Source: Lama glama (Eukaryota). Taken from it: a stretch of DNA of 64,000 bases. Within the stretch, counting starts at the first letter, position 1; each line of letters begins with the position of its first letter. The stretch lies in the NCBI GenBank assembly GCA_028534125.1, contig CM052817.1, positions 39,868,001 through 39,932,000 on the forward strand. The letters are read 5' to 3'. Shown here piece by piece: positions 25,489 to 39,250 of this stretch. Made by a program: the position numbers and the translations under genes. Under the pieces are notes generated by a model. The model saw only the letters and a list, made by a program, of their open reading frames with translations, was not told the DNA's origin and ran no database searches.

Positions 25489-27982
25489 CTGGAGTCTACT
25501 TTGACACCCTTAAAAGGTCTCTTTTGGCCTTAAACAAAACCAAAGGTCATAAATGTTGATGATGCAAACATGGTAGTAATACTTTCTCATAAAAATATAT
25601 TCATATTAATTTTTATTTATACTAAAATAGATTTGAAAATAGATATTCAGAAAGTTAGCAAAAGAAAATAGAATAACATTATATTCTCCAAATAATGTCT
25701 TTTTCATTGTCATAAAGAGAACACAGTGTTATTATTATCACCCGAAGATACAGAGGGGACCGTGCAAAGCACCAGATAAGGTTTTTTTCCATTCTCTTAT
25801 CTGTGTTGGTTGACCTCCAAAGTCAATTCCAAGTGATGTGCTCAGCCTGAACTTACGACTTTAGAGCTGAGTGAAGCTGACAGGCACAGAGCTCATTATA
25901 CTCCTCAACCTTGCAAACAGAAGACCCCAAACTGCTCACTGGTAACATATACTTCCTATTCCTATATGTTAGGAAATAGATTTATATTACCTGGCTTGCT
26001 GGATTTTTTTTAATGTTTTAATTGTGCATTTACATGTATCAGAAAAGCTATTCATTTTTTCCAATGATCAATAGAAAAATGTACTAAAATTCAGCAAATG
26101 GGATGATTTTAGAAATTATTATTCTTATATTCTTCCATTTCTGGGACCATTACCATTTAGAAGATTACTGGTAATTAGTGAAAACCATAATATATTATAT
26201 TTAGTGAAAGACGTCACTGACCTCATTCTATGTATTTATGTCTACTTTTGTGAATGAAACAAATGCTTTTAAATATTTGTTGCTTTGATGATACAGGTAA
26301 GTCTAGTGAGTAGATTGGGGAACATTGTGGAGTCTTTGGATATCAGCGCTTCATAAAATGGCCCGTTCTTAGTCTTCTTCCTGTTCAACTTCTTTGAAAT
26401 CCCTGATTCTGTCAATCCATCCCGTGCTCTTGTTTATTCTTGGGCTCCATAAAGATGCTGATTCTCTTCTCTGTGCACTACTTCGTATTTTCTGTTTGTG
26501 CCTCTTTCCCCTTTGAGCTGGTATACACCAGACAGTCCCCACTCTCTCCTCGTCACTATGATCATCGGATCGAAACACAACTTACTAGGTGTAGTTTCCA
26601 AATTCCTGCCCCCAAATTACTTTTCCCCAAAGGTTTCCATAAACACCCAATGAAACTCTCCTCTCCGTCTACAAGCCTGCAGCTGGGGCTCTTAGATAAT
26701 GACGACACATCAGAAAACCTGGGCTCAAACCCCAGATTTACTCCCTCCTTGTGTGAGCTTGAGGTTGTCACCTTACTTCTCTGAACCTCAGTTTCCTACA
26801 ACGGAGATTCCTACCCTGTCTTGTGTGAAGGTCACATGAGTTTATTCACATAAAAGCACACTGTAAAAGAATAACTGTTCCTCATCAAGATTTTACCAAA
26901 ATGCAGGTATTTTTGAGGATAATTTATACTTACTGTTTCATTTGATTCTAGCAACTCTGTAAGTATATATTCTTATTTCACAAACTGAGAGAAACTGGAG
27001 CTTAGAATGCTTAAGTATTTCACTCAAGGCTGCAAAGCTAGTACCAGGGCTGAGATGAAAACTTGTGCTTCGTTCCAAAGCCCACCCCCAGCAACAGTGT
27101 TCTTGGTTGCAGGTGACAGAAACTGACACTACTACGACAGAAGGACAGTGGGGGTAAACAGTATTGGCTTGAGGCCTGAGGACTAGACTTGGAAAATTAG
27201 CTAGAGCCAAGGCAGTTCCAGGGAATAAAAAAGAAAGTACATGAAGTCATCTTTGAGCCATGACAGTTGGGAGGGACACTGTGACACCCGACACTGCTGC
27301 CATCTCAACAGAACATCACTGCAGTTGCCAAGAACAACGGCTGGTTCCAGATTCAAAGCCCCAGATGAGCATCAGGTTGAGGGAGCCTGGAACAACACGG
27401 CCCCATCCTGGTTACAGAGGGGTGGGAGGGGTGTCCTCCCATTTCCTCTCCCCCATCAGAGGGCGGGCACTGTGACACGGCAGGCAGGGACTCCTGAACA
27501 CGCCCCTGCCCCCCCCCCCCACACACACTCACACACTCCCTTTCCTTCCCCCCTCCTCTGAGAAGGTGAAGTGTTTTCTCTCTTGTCCGAAGCTAATATC
27601 TTCCACTTTCTCCATCTCTCCTCTGATGTCCACCTCTCCTCTCTGCTTGTTTTCACTCCCCTCACAAAGGAATTCAAATCCGTCTGGTCCCTACTGAGGA
27701 GATCCTCACGATGGAGCTGCCGGTTTCCACCATAAATTCATGATTACCAACTTCAAATGGGCTCAGCCCTGCCCAGAAATCAGACTACATTTCTCTGACC
27801 AACTCCCTCTTCCATTCAATAGAACAGCTCTTTCAAACCTCCATACTGGTCAGAACTCTGAAAGATGTAAGGATCCATCGTCCTCCAGGATGATGAGAAA
27901 AATACACCTTACCTGTCTCAGATGCAAAGGGCAAATGATTTCATCAGCCCCCAAAGCTAGAAGTGAAGCCAAATGGAGTCTG

Positions 27983-28250
27983 AAATATCATATGATATCC
28001 TTTTATGTGGAATCTAAAAAAAATAATACAGGTGAACTTATTTACAAAACAGAAGCAGACTCACAGACATAGAAAAGAAACTTACTGTTACCAAAGTGGG
28101 AGGGAGGGAGGGATAAGCCAGGAGTTTAGGATTAGCAGATACACATTACTGTATATAAAATAGATAAACAACAAGGCCCTACTGTCTAGCACAGGGAACT
28201 ATATTCAATACCTTGTAGTAACCTATAATGGAAAAGAATCAAAATACATT

Positions 28251-28281
<31 letters not shown>

Positions 28282-28360
28282 CTGAATCACTTTGCTGTAC
28301 ATCAGTAACTAACACAACATTGTAAATCAACTACGCCTCAGGAAAAAAAAAAAAAAAAAA
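27983..28360 (+). mobile_element. 5'-truncated L1 3' UTR with internal (TA)n and poly-A
   Basis: atatcatatgatatcc...gtggaatctaaaaa...acagggaactatattcaatacc...A18; same family as 1089-1775 in opposite orientation. Confidence 0.9.
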
Positions 28361-28889
28361 GAATCTGGACCCTGGGGGACAGCAGAGGAGACCAGAGCAA
28401 GGAGGGAAGTAGATTTGCAAGTGAGCATCCTACGCCACCTCCAGGCAGACTGAGGGACGACCCAAGTGAAAACATAAAGAAATGTTTTACCATTCATGCT
28501 GGTGATGGTCTGAACCTACATGGGTCTTGGGAGCAAAGCAAGAGAGTTACATAAAAGATACAACTTTATAAAGGAGACATCATCACATATCAAATGAATA
28601 AAGAAAAGCATATTCAGAAGGTGATGTTGAGATAATTAATTTAAAATTTAGAGAAATAAAAATGATTTAGGTTCTCATTTGAGTATCACCAAAATAAGCT
28701 CAAGGTACTTTAACTTATATAAATAGAACAAAAATTAAGAAGCTGTAACTGAAGAATTAAAGGAAAGATGGGCTAATTGACTACATTAAAAAAAATTTTA
28801 ACTTGTACGTTAAAATAAAGTTAGATTCGGGAAAAGTGTATTTGTTATGAGAAATGCTGGGGGCAAAATAATTTAGTTGGCAAAGGATT

Positions 28890-29270
28890 TGTTATGGGAT
28901 GAATTGTGTTCCCATAAACTCATATGTTGAAGCCCCAACCACCCAGCACCTCAGAATATGACTGTATTTGGAGACGGGGCCTTTAAAGAGGTAGTTAAGG
29001 TAAAATGAGGCTGTTAGGATGGCTCTCAATCCAGTATGAGCAGTCGCCCGATCAGAAGAGGAGATGAGGACACAGACACACAGGGGACCACCTGAAGGCA
29101 CAGGGCGAGGACAGCCGTCCACAAGCCAAGGAGAGAAGCCTCCATAGAAACCAGCCTGTCAACACCTTGACCTCAGACTTCTAATCTCCAGGACAGTGAG
29201 AAAATACATTTCTGTGTTTAAGCCACCCAGTCTGTGGGACTTTTTCACGACAGCCCTAGCAAACAAATGG
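28890..29270 (+). mobile_element. MaLR solo LTR (MLT1B-like)
   Basis: tgttatgggatgaattgtgttccc...caagccaaggagagaagcctc...aagccacccagtctgtgg...cagccctagcaaacaaat. Confidence 0.87.
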
Positions 29271-30070
29271 AGACGTATGCAGATCTTTTACAGAAGAGAA
29301 TGCAGTTCATAAACTAAAGTACCCAAAGCCAGAATGGAAATTCTTACGAAAGAGATGACATTTGAGTTTGGTCCTTAAAAAATGAAGAACTGCTGACACC
29401 CAATGTGCTTGTAATCATTATTTGGAGTTGGTCTGCTTGTTTTTAGAGAAAAACACTTCATCTGTTGCCAAAAATGAGTAAATCTGAAACCCCAAACTTA
29501 AAGCTGTAGTTTTTTTTATCAGTGAAATAAGCACAAGCAATAAACTAATTGAAGCCTTCTTCAAACAGGAATGTGTGTCAGATGCAGCCTCAAAGCTGTC
29601 TGTATTGCTTTGATAGGGTTCTGTGGCAAGCTAATCTTAGGGGAACAGATGACAAAGCAGATTAGGTGCATTGAATCTATTTGCATTGAATCCCTGTTGC
29701 TGTAGCGCTTTTGCCATGGTCAGTTCCGTCTCACACGGATGGATACGGTGCACAGCCATGCAAGGGCATCCTGACTCCCTTGTGCGCCCTTGAAAGCTGC
29801 AGAGGTAGGAAAACCAAAACCACGCTTTGCTTCCCAGACTGCCTTGCAGCTAGGGTCCTAGACATGAAGCAGATGACACCGTAAGACGCAGGCACACCTC
29901 TGCGGCTCCTTACTACCTGCGTGACCTGGAGGTGCTTACTCTCTCTGTCTTTTTTTTGTGACAGGTTTAGGATCAATTTTTGTTATATTCATAAATATAA
30001 ACGGGACAGACTGAAAACTGTCAGATTGTCTTTTTAATGCAGCTGTAATTATTTATTAGAGACTTAAAAA

Positions 30071-30264
30071 ATTTTTTAAGTGAAGTTGATTTATAATGTT
30101 AGTTTCAGGTGTACAGTAAAGTGATTCAGTTATACATATACAGAAATATACGTTTTTTCTTTTCAGATTCTTTTCCATTATATGTTATGTTATGACAGGA
30201 ACTTGAACATAGTTTCCTCTGCTACACAGTAGGTCCTTGTTATTTATCTATTTTATACATGGTA
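30071..30264 (-). mobile_element. L1 3' end fragment
   Basis: Homologous to 1089-1265. Confidence 0.8.
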
Positions 30265-30279
30265 ATGGTGCTTGCTCTC

Positions 30280-30420
30280 TGTTTACCTCCGGTTCCTTTT
30301 CTGTAAAACAAGGAATAATAATAGCATCTACCTCATAGAGTTGTTATGAGAATGAAGTGAGTTAAATTATATAAATTCCTTAGCCTGGCACATGGTTACT
30401 TTCAATCGATGTTAGCTTAA
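30280..30420 (+). mobile_element. MIR SINE
   Basis: MIR core ctgtaaaacaaggaataataatagcatctacctcatagagttgttatgagaatgaagtgag. Confidence 0.75.
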
Positions 30421-31375
30421 TTATAATCTTTGTTGTTGTTACTTCGCAGGCAGAAGCGAGGTAAAGGCCATCTTCCTGCTATGAAGCTATCTTCCTCTGG
30501 CAAGAACCACCCGCCAGTCCTGCAATACGTTTTTGAGACTCCTCGCAGAGGCCCAGCCTAGTCCCTGCAGCTTGTAAGTGCTTAATTATCTTTTTAGAAA
30601 TCCCTTTCTGCATAGGATATGTGAAATGGTATCTGTTTCCCACAACTGAATCCTGAGCAATCCACCCACGGGAGCCCCTTCAGTCTCCCATTGCCCATTT
30701 ACAGTTGTGGAAATGAACGGGAAAACCGGCTTAGGAGAAGGTTGCACAGAGCTGTGTCAGTTGTGGCTAAGTCCAGGCTGGAACCCAGGTGTCCTGCTCA
30801 GGGCTCTTCTGTAGATCAGACTCAAGGAGGGTGGCCTGTCTAGACCAGATCAGCCAGCTGATCCTGGTGATCTCGCCCCGCCTCCCCATAGAGCCGACAG
30901 CAGAGAAGGGGGAGGGAGGGAACTTACACTTACTGACGTTCCCTGTGTGTAGGACACTCCTCTAGAGGCAAGGGACCGATCTTATTCCTCTTGTATCCCC
31001 AGTACTGGCACAGTCTGTCTATCACATGCCTGTCAAATGTCTGTTAAAAGATCTGAACTGAGCTGTTTTACAGAACTCACACATCTCCACTGGAAAGTAA
31101 ACGTTTCTGAGGAAATCAAGGGAAAAATGCCAATGTGCTTATGTCTCTGCATGTTCACTTGGGTGTTTTAGGTTGAGCTTACTGTGTGCTTTATTTGGTT
31201 TTAGCTGGGAATGAAAATCCTAACACAGTAGAATCTGATAAAACTGTTTCGACCACGGCACCTCTTTCATTTAAGATTGCATTACTTTTCTCCTAAATAA
31301 GTTCAGTTAAAAAAAAAATTCAGATTCTGTGACTACTAACTAGTAAGTGTCCTTTTGTTCTTAGTCAAAGTTCTT

Positions 31376-31624
31376 GGGGGGCAGGGTGGAGGATAGTTCA
31401 GTGGTACAGCGTATGACCAAGGTCGTGGATTCAATCCCCAGTCCTCCATTAAAAAAAAAAATCTGATTACCTACCCCTGCCAAAATAACCCAAAAAACAA
31501 AACTAGAAAAAAAAAACTCATCCTCATACTTTTCGTGGGGGTGTATAACTCAGCAGTACAGCATATGCTTAGCATGCACAAGGTCATGGGTTCAATCCCC
31601 AGTACCTCCATTTAAAAAAATATT
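31376..31624 (+). mobile_element. Two tandem tRNA-derived SINE units inside one TSD pair
   Basis: Two heads (about 31376 and 31536) with ttcaatccccagt B-box-like motifs; aaagttctt at 31367-31375 and 31625-31633. Confidence 0.85.
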
Positions 31625-33712
31625 AAAGTTCTTTGGGTTACAAGTAAGAGAAACACAAGCAAAGTAAACATAAACTGAATAAGAGGGTTTATTATAAAAT
31701 GCAAGGTCACTCCATAGATTGCAAGGACAGGATGTGCCGTCAGGTTCACAAAACATGGAACCAGGAGCCAGAAAGCTCTCAGATAGCTGCTCTGTCTCTC
31801 TCCCAGGCTATCTAAGGTGTATCTACCTTTGCTTTCTCAGTACACCTACTTCTCTGTCTCATCTCTCTGTCTCTGTGTCTGTCTCAGTGCCTCTCTGCAG
31901 ACAGGCCCCTTAGGCTCTACAGGTGTGTGGTGCAGGATGGCTGCCCCACAGCAGTAGCTTCAAATCCCTGTTCAGAGGGCCTCCCACTTGCAGACCAGGG
32001 GTCACCCTCCTGGATCTCTAAGTCTTAATTTCCCAGAAAGGAATGACTAAGTTCAGATTGCATTCCCATCCTTGGTCAGTCAATCAACTGTGGCAGGAAA
32101 GCATGGGCATCACAGAGTAGGAATTTACTGCACAGAATCAACCTTGCGGACAGATGGGAGTAAGCAAACACACCATAGTATATGCCTGACAATATCCCAG
32201 GGAACAAAGATTTTGTAACTTTAGTGTGAAATTGATATAACTCTTAAACTGCCTGCATATAGGAGTATCCATGCTCCACATTTAAAAAATTATACTCTTT
32301 GTATATGAATGTGTAATCACTTAAAATTACCCACATTAACTCTGTGGCTTTAGTATTTCCCTTATACAAGTGGTATGACATGGCTACTCTGAGAATAGTT
32401 ATCAAAGTAACTAGAAAGTTAACTAATGAGATAATTAAAAATAGAATCCTAGATGTTGCTGGGTGGCTAAATCATGCTCGGCATGCAAATTAGGCCATTT
32501 GGAAGGGACATCCATTTATTTCGGCCACCAGGGCACCATTTAAGGAATTATTGTTCTGGTTAGTGTGGGTAAATAAGACACTAGTGACTGAAAAATTTGA
32601 AGCTGTTTCTAAAAGCTCTAATTTGCACCCAGGGAATACCAAGAAGAATCTGGGTGGAATAAATAGCCAGATAAATAATGCAAAACAGAATCTGGGCAAA
32701 AGTGTAAGTCATATTTGAGAGCTCAGGTACTGATGCGAAGATTTAAAGTGTGCTTTGTAGGACGATGACCACAGCAAATTGATTGACACGGGGCTTTGAC
32801 ACTGGGCTGTCAGGATCTAGGGCATGAGATTCCACAGAGGGCTGAGTCCCAAGACGGCAAATAGGAGGTTTGGAAGGAGGAGCAGGCCCCTGTCCTCACT
32901 GGGTTCCTGGCACCCCCTCTCTATACAACCTGCTCTCACCACTTCCCTAAAGCAAGGTTCATCCACTGTGGCAGTATAGACTATCAACACAATTTTTGTT
33001 TAATGTCCTCATGGGTAGTTTCTAAGCACAGAAAGTTATTTTATTTCTAAAAATGAGTATTTCCATTATTTAAAACCTGATTATTTCTTAAGCTTTGAAG
33101 AAGTCACAGTTTTTAAAACATAATTCTCTTTACAAATCTAGGCAATTTTAACATTCACCTTAAAGGCAGATTTTTAAAAGGAGTTCCCTTAAATATTTCC
33201 AATGACATTTTAACATATTTGATTTACCCTTCGAGTACTGCTTAAACAAATAAAACCAGTAAAACCCTCCCATATTCTTAGGTACGTTAAAATCTAATAA
33301 ATTAAACTTATAACAACTCAACTTAAAATCAGGAGCTGAATCCATTTCTCAGTTAGACATTTAACTGAGAAATATCAACCTAAAAATATTATGAAAATAG
33401 GCCAAATTCTCTTAAATATCTAAATATCAAATATGCACAGTTTCTTTAGCCCAAAGACATTCATGTATAGGTGTATTTTCCCTAAACACTCCCATCCTTA
33501 ATGCTTTCTGAGGTTGAGAGATGCTCACCCACCAAGGAAAAGATGATGTCATTCCACACTCTTTGGGAATTACCTTCTCAGAGGCTTGAAAGGTTGCAGA
33601 ACAACCAGAATTTTCAGCCCGGTCAGCTTTTCTCACAACCTTGACCTTGGTTCCTCTCCCTTCTATAGTCGTTACAGTTTTTATGCCATCATTTAAGCAG
33701 GGGTGGTGAATA

Positions 33713-34028
33713 ACAGGGCTGACTTTTCCATTAAGCAGAGTGGCACACTGTCTGGGACCTATGATACTTTTAGGTTCCCATGAATATATTCTAATTTCTT
33801 TTAAAATCAGAAGAAAAATATTAATATAATATTCACAGTAGCGAATATATAATACCAAATCAAGCTTGGAGTGTATTCATCTTTATATTAATGCAGTAGT
33901 AAAATACAATTTTTAATATTTTTTTACCTCAAAGGTAAAAATACCCAGGGCCTATCAAAGTCATAATGTGACCAAAAAAAAAAAAAAAAAGAAGAAGAAG
34001 AAGAAAAAAAAGTCATAATGTGACCCTG
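33713..34028 (+). mobile_element. Non-autonomous hAT-Tip100-type DNA transposon; related partial copy at about 49690-49890
   Basis: cagggc...ccctg termini; cccatgaa...tttcttttaa.atc...aaaatataattt core shared with the second copy. Confidence 0.6.
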
Positions 34029-34289
34029 GCCACTTAGCCCCCTTTACTTTCCTGGGTGTGAGTTCTATCTATCAGGCCGTAATTCTTAAAATCAGTCTAC
34101 AGGGTTCTGACACCCCATCTAGACGGGGCCCCTCATGCCGGTGCATCTTGTATTTCTCTGGCTCATCAGGTATTTAAGTTCCTGAATTCTCAGAATTTTG
34201 CATTCTTTTTTTATTTTTACTATCTTGAAGGGCATATGACTCTTACGTATGTTCAAATGCTATATACAGTTAACAACATTTTGGACAGT

Positions 34290-36540
34290 CATTTCATAAA
34301 GGAAATTGTTCAGATGGCAAATGAAGCACATAAAGAACCTCATTAGTCATCAGAGCAATGAAAATTGAAACCACAGTGATACAGAAGTATACGTCCTATT
34401 TGGGCATATAATGGCTATGATTCTTAAAACTGACACTGACAGTGAATGTCGGTGAAGGTGTGGAACAACCAGGACTCCCATACATTGTTCATAAGAGTGT
34501 GAAATGTTACTGTCACTGGGGAAAAATTTGGGGCAGTTTCATAACGACCCTATGACCCAGCAATTCCACTCCTGGCTATTTACTCTAGAGAAATGAAAAT
34601 GTATATCCATAAAAAGACAGATAAGAATGTTCTAAGCAGCTTTATTCATAATATCCCCAAATTGGCAACAATCTAAAATGCCCATCGATAGAAAAATAGA
34701 TAAACAAGCTGTGATATATTCATACAATGAAAACTACTGAGGAAAGAAAAAAGAATGAATTCTGATACAACAGTGTGAATTAATTCAAAAAACATTATGC
34801 TGAGTGAGAGTATTACACAAGAGTATATAATATAGGGTTCTAGTAGTAGTGTTTTGTTTGTTTGTTTTGTTTTGTTTTGCATCAGGCTAAACTAATATAT
34901 GGTGAAAAAATTCTGAACAGTTTCACCTTCGGGGATGGGAACAGGGATTTATTGGGAAAGAGTTTGAAGGAACTTTCTGGAGTGATAGAGTTTTGGGTTC
35001 ACACATTTGTCAAAACTCATCCAATGTTACACATAGGATTTGTGCATTTTACTTATTAAAAAACAAAATTCAATGGAGTAAATTTTAAAGATCTTACTGG
35101 CTTTATTCAATGATTCATGAATCAGGCAGCGTGCCATCTGGCAGATAGAAAAGAACTCTGAGGAGCTGTACCAAATGAGAGACTTCTATAGGCAGAAGGG
35201 AGCAGGAACAAAGAAGTTATACTTGGCAAAAAAGCAGGTTGGTTACTGCAAGGTCGCTTTGCTTTAGGGGATGGCAAGTGTCTCTCAGGCTGATTATTTA
35301 ACTAGTGCTGATCCAGTGATTCCTGACTGACTGATTTAAGATTCCATTTCTAGGATATGCTGAAACTGTATCTGTCTGTTTAGCAACATGAAACTTAGCA
35401 TAAGTGACTTCATTTTGGGCCTGTTGTCTTGTTTTTAACACACTGTATGTATATTTTACCCCAAAACAGAAAGAACCACAAGCAAACATTGAACTATAGG
35501 TGGTAACATGCATGTTGAAGTCTTTAAGAGTAACACTTTCTGTGGCTTACATTGCAATATCAAAAAAATAAGATGATGGGCAGAGGATTTAAATAGTCTT
35601 TTCTCCAAAGAAAATATACAAATGGCTAATAAGAACACGAAAATATGTTCAGCATCCTTTTTCATTAGAGAAATGCAAATCAAAACCACAGTAAAGTATC
35701 ACTTCACACTGACTAGAATAACTGTAATAAAAAAGACAGACAATAATAAGTGTTTGCAAGAATGTGGAGAAATTAGAACCCTCCTGTATTGCTGGTGGGA
35801 ATGTAATATGGTAGAGTCATCATGGAAAAACATTTTTTAAAATGTTAAATGTAGAGTTATCATATGACTCAGCAATTCCACTCCTAATATATGTAATAGA
35901 TATATATTATTATACATATCTACCCAAGAGAATTGAAAACATGTCCACACAAAAACTTGTGCATGAATGTTCACAGAAGCATTATATATAATAGCCAAAA
36001 TTGAAAAAACACAAATATCTGTCAACCAATAGATGGACAAATACAGGTGGTATATCCATACAATGGAATATTATTCAGTCATAAAAAGGAACAATGTATT
36101 GAGTCATACCACAACATGGAAGAAAAAGCCAGACACAAAAGGCTACACCTTGTATGATTCTTTTTGTATGAAATGCCCAGAATAGGCAAATCCATAGAGA
36201 CAAGAAGTAGATGGCAATGTAGAGTGACTGCTTAATGGCTATAGGATTTCTTTTTGGGGTGATGAAAATGTTCTAGAATTAGATACTAGTAATGGTTGCA
36301 CATCCTTGTGAATATATCAAAAACCACTGAAGGATGTATTTATGATATGAGAATTGTATCTCAGTTAAAAATATAATGGATTGATGGATAGGATAGAGGT
36401 ATGGTTAGAATAAACAGCAAAATGTTAATTGTAGAATTTAAGTGGTTACTCTATGGGTATTTGTTGTATGAGTCTTTCAGCTTTTCCGTATATTTGCAAC
36501 TTTTACGATAAAATAATAGAAAAAAAATGACCAATTTACA
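34290..36540 (+). mobile_element. Cluster of old L1M (MB/ME-type) ORF2-end and 3' UTR fragments, interrupted by an LTR
   Basis: ORF 35622-35840 (IREMQIKTTVKYHFTLTR...CWWECNMV) is L1 ORF2-like; recurring gacYcagcaattccactcct motif. Confidence 0.8.
35054..35440 (-). mobile_element. ERV1 solo LTR nested in an L1
   Basis: Minus strand starts tgttaaaaacaagacaacaggcccaaaatgaagtcac and contains aataaa; near-TSD tact/cact splits L1 sequence gtgcattt[cact]gtatgt. Confidence 0.75.
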
Positions 36541-36861
36541 CAACTTTTAAGTTTATTGGTTGGTTTATTCTACCAACATATATCAAAGACCCTTTTAAAA
36601 AATAAAAAACAAAATATAAATAGATGATAGGTGATAAATAGATGCTATAAACCTTTGATGCAACATGTTATATGGTGACATGTTACCTCTGATTCACCTC
36701 ACAGAATCTCCTTAACAAATTTAGATTTAGGCTTTTGGAAATAAACACCTTTTTTTTTTTTTTTGGCTTTGTCACATCCCTCCCTGAGGAAATGAGCCTG
36801 GCTGGGTATTTGTTCTATAGGGAAGACTAGAAAGAAAAAAAACAAAACAAAATAAAAACAT

Positions 36862-36992
36862 AGGTTGGTAAAAGTGTACAAACTTTCAACTATACGATAA
36901 ATAAAGTCTGAGGATCTAATATAAAACAAGACTATAGTTGATAACATTGTATTATGTACTGGAAATTTACTTAGAGAGTAGAATTTAAATGT

Positions 36993-37033
<41 letters not shown>

Positions 37034-37175
37034 AAATAAATTTGTGAGGTGAGAGATAATTAACTAGGAGAGGAATTCTTTCACAATGCATACATATATC
37101 AAATCACCATGATGTGCACTTTAAATATCATACAGTTTTGTCAATTAAACCTCAATAAAGCTGAAATTTAAAGAA
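36862..37175 (+). mobile_element. L1MA-type 3' end with (TC)n(AC)n
   Basis: gtctgaggatctaat...ctatagttgataacattgtatt...gtcaattaaacctcaataaagctgaaa. Confidence 0.75.
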
Positions 37176-37212
37176 AAGTTTTTGAAAAGGACATATAATA
37201 ATATATATAAAA

Positions 37213-37720
37213 CAGCAGTTCTTAAAATGTGGTCCACAGTCCACAAAGGGTCCTGGACATTCTTGAAGGGGATCTGCAAGGTCAAAGTTCTTTTCATAAT
37301 AATAGTAAGATGTTATTTGCTCTTTTCATTTTCATTTTCTCTTGAAAGAACAGTACAGTTTTCCAGAAGCTCAGTAGATGATGTTGTAACAAACTGATTG
37401 CAGAAGATGAGATAAGAATCCAGCAGTCTTCTATTAAGCCAGACAGGAAAGGATTTGCAGAAATAGAAAACAATGCCATCCTTCTTACTAATTGTTTTTT
37501 TTTTTGAAAATAGACTTATTTTTCACAATAGTGATATTTACATTGGTATTAAGTGTGTTTATTATAGTCATTTTTAAATAAACAAATCCTTTTAATTTCT
37601 CAGTTTTAATATCTAGTACTTTTAAATATCACAGATATAACCCACAAAAAATTACTTGGGATGCCAATAATTTTTAATTGTGTAAAAGGGTCCCAAGACC
37701 AAAAACTATGAGAACCACTG
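37213..37720. mobile_element. Charlie1b-like hAT DNA transposon, near full length
   Basis: TIRs cagcagttctta / tgagaaccactg; internal gaatccagcagtcttctattaagccagaca. Confidence 0.75.
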
Positions 37721-38001
37721 CCAAAGTTTTATTCTGCCAAACATCTAATAATGCAGAAAACTCTGCTGCCACTGAAGTGGAGCATGAAAACATATTTATT
37801 GAATGAAAAGGTATCCTCTTTATTGTTAGCTGAGTATGCTGTAATCCCATATTTAATTAAAATAAATGTGTGTATGTATAACCATGGCAAAAATGTATAG
37901 AAGGATGCATGTCAATTAATGCTAATTATTTCTAGACTGTATGATAATAATATTTATTTTCTTTATTCCTTTTCTTTATATATTAATTTGAAACATTTTT
38001 T

Positions 38002-38160
38002 CAACATTCTTTCACTTTTTTATTTTTCAATTAATTAATTATTTTAGGGCAGGGAGGTAATTAGGTTTGTTCATTTATTTTAATGGAGGTACTGGGGATT
38101 GAACCCAGGATCTCGTGCATGCTAAGCGCACACTCTACCACTGAGCTCTGCGTTCCCCCT
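38002..38160 (-). mobile_element. tRNA-derived SINE
   Basis: Family core; flanking aaacatttttt repeats. Confidence 0.88.
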
Positions 38161-38164
38161 AAAA

Positions 38165-38570
38165 CATTTTTATTGCAGTAAAAAACACATAAGATAAAAT
38201 TCACCATCTCAACCTCTTCAAGTATACAACCCAGTATTGCTAAGTGTGTTCACATTGCTGCAAACCAGATCTCCAGATCTTTCACATCTTGCAAACTTGA
38301 AACTCTATGCTCGTTAGACAACAACTCCCCACCCCCCTAACCCCCAGTCACTGGCAGCTGCCATTCTACTTCCTGTCTCTATGAAGCTGACTAGTCTAGG
38401 AAACTCATGTAAGTGAAGTCTTTTTTTTTTTTTTTTTGGTGATTGGCTTATTTACTTAGCATAATATCCCCAAGGCTCATCTCTGTTGTAGCATATGACA
38501 GGATTTCCTTCTTTTTTAAGACAATGATATTTCGTTGTATGTATATACCACATTTGTTTACATTTATTCA
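38165..38570 (-). mobile_element. L1MB-type 3' end
   Basis: tttattgcagtaaaa...aaaattcaccatc...gaaactctat...ttggcttatttacttagcataat. Confidence 0.7.
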
Positions 38571-38812
38571 CTAAAAAGACATTTGAACTTCTTCTACATA
38601 TACCAGTTTTTTTTAAAGAACTTGAAATCATTTTATAAACAGAAATAAAGTTATTTCCATTTTGGAAAAAGAGAACACCTACTCCCTCACGAAGCACAGG
38701 TAACAAAAAGAAGGAAAGGGAAATACAAAGGTCTGTAACTTGGTTGACCAGCCTGTTGTGCAGGATTCCTGGGAAATTAATCAATGATGAAGGAAAAGAT
38801 TGGCCATAATCC

Positions 38813-39250
38813 TGTCGATGAAAAATTAATAGTCAATCTAAGAAAGAAGTGGAAAATTTTGTTTGAGCCAGATTTGAGGATTATAACCTGGGAAGAACAT
38901 CTTAGAAAGCTCTTAGAAGTCAAGGCACAGCCGAATAAGTTTTTTGAGACAGAGGGCTGTACATTAAATGACATTATCATTGACAGTTTACAAAATCCAG
39001 ATCTAAGCTCATCGTGACCCCATACAGGATCAAGAAGGAATGTTATCTTTCAAGGAGTTGTCTTGTTGATGCCAGGAGACTGTTGCTCTTCATGGCTGAG
39101 CAGGTATTTCTGCTGATGGGGAGGTTTGCTCGAGGCATCATGCAGATACACAATGCACAGTAGCAGGGAGAAAGGAGGCCAAAGGACAGAGAAAACTTTA
39201 TATGCTTAAATTTTTCTTGTTTTGCCATAAAATAAGAATTTTATTTTACA
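38813..39250 (-). mobile_element. ERV1 solo LTR (438 bp) with TG...CA ends and perfect 4-bp TSD ATCC
   Basis: atcc|tgtcgatg...attttaca|atcc read directly. Confidence 0.85.

Noticed and set aside
33344..33373. 12-bp perfect hairpin atttctcagtta/taactgagaaat
   Set aside because: Short, AT-rich and isolated; no context suggesting function
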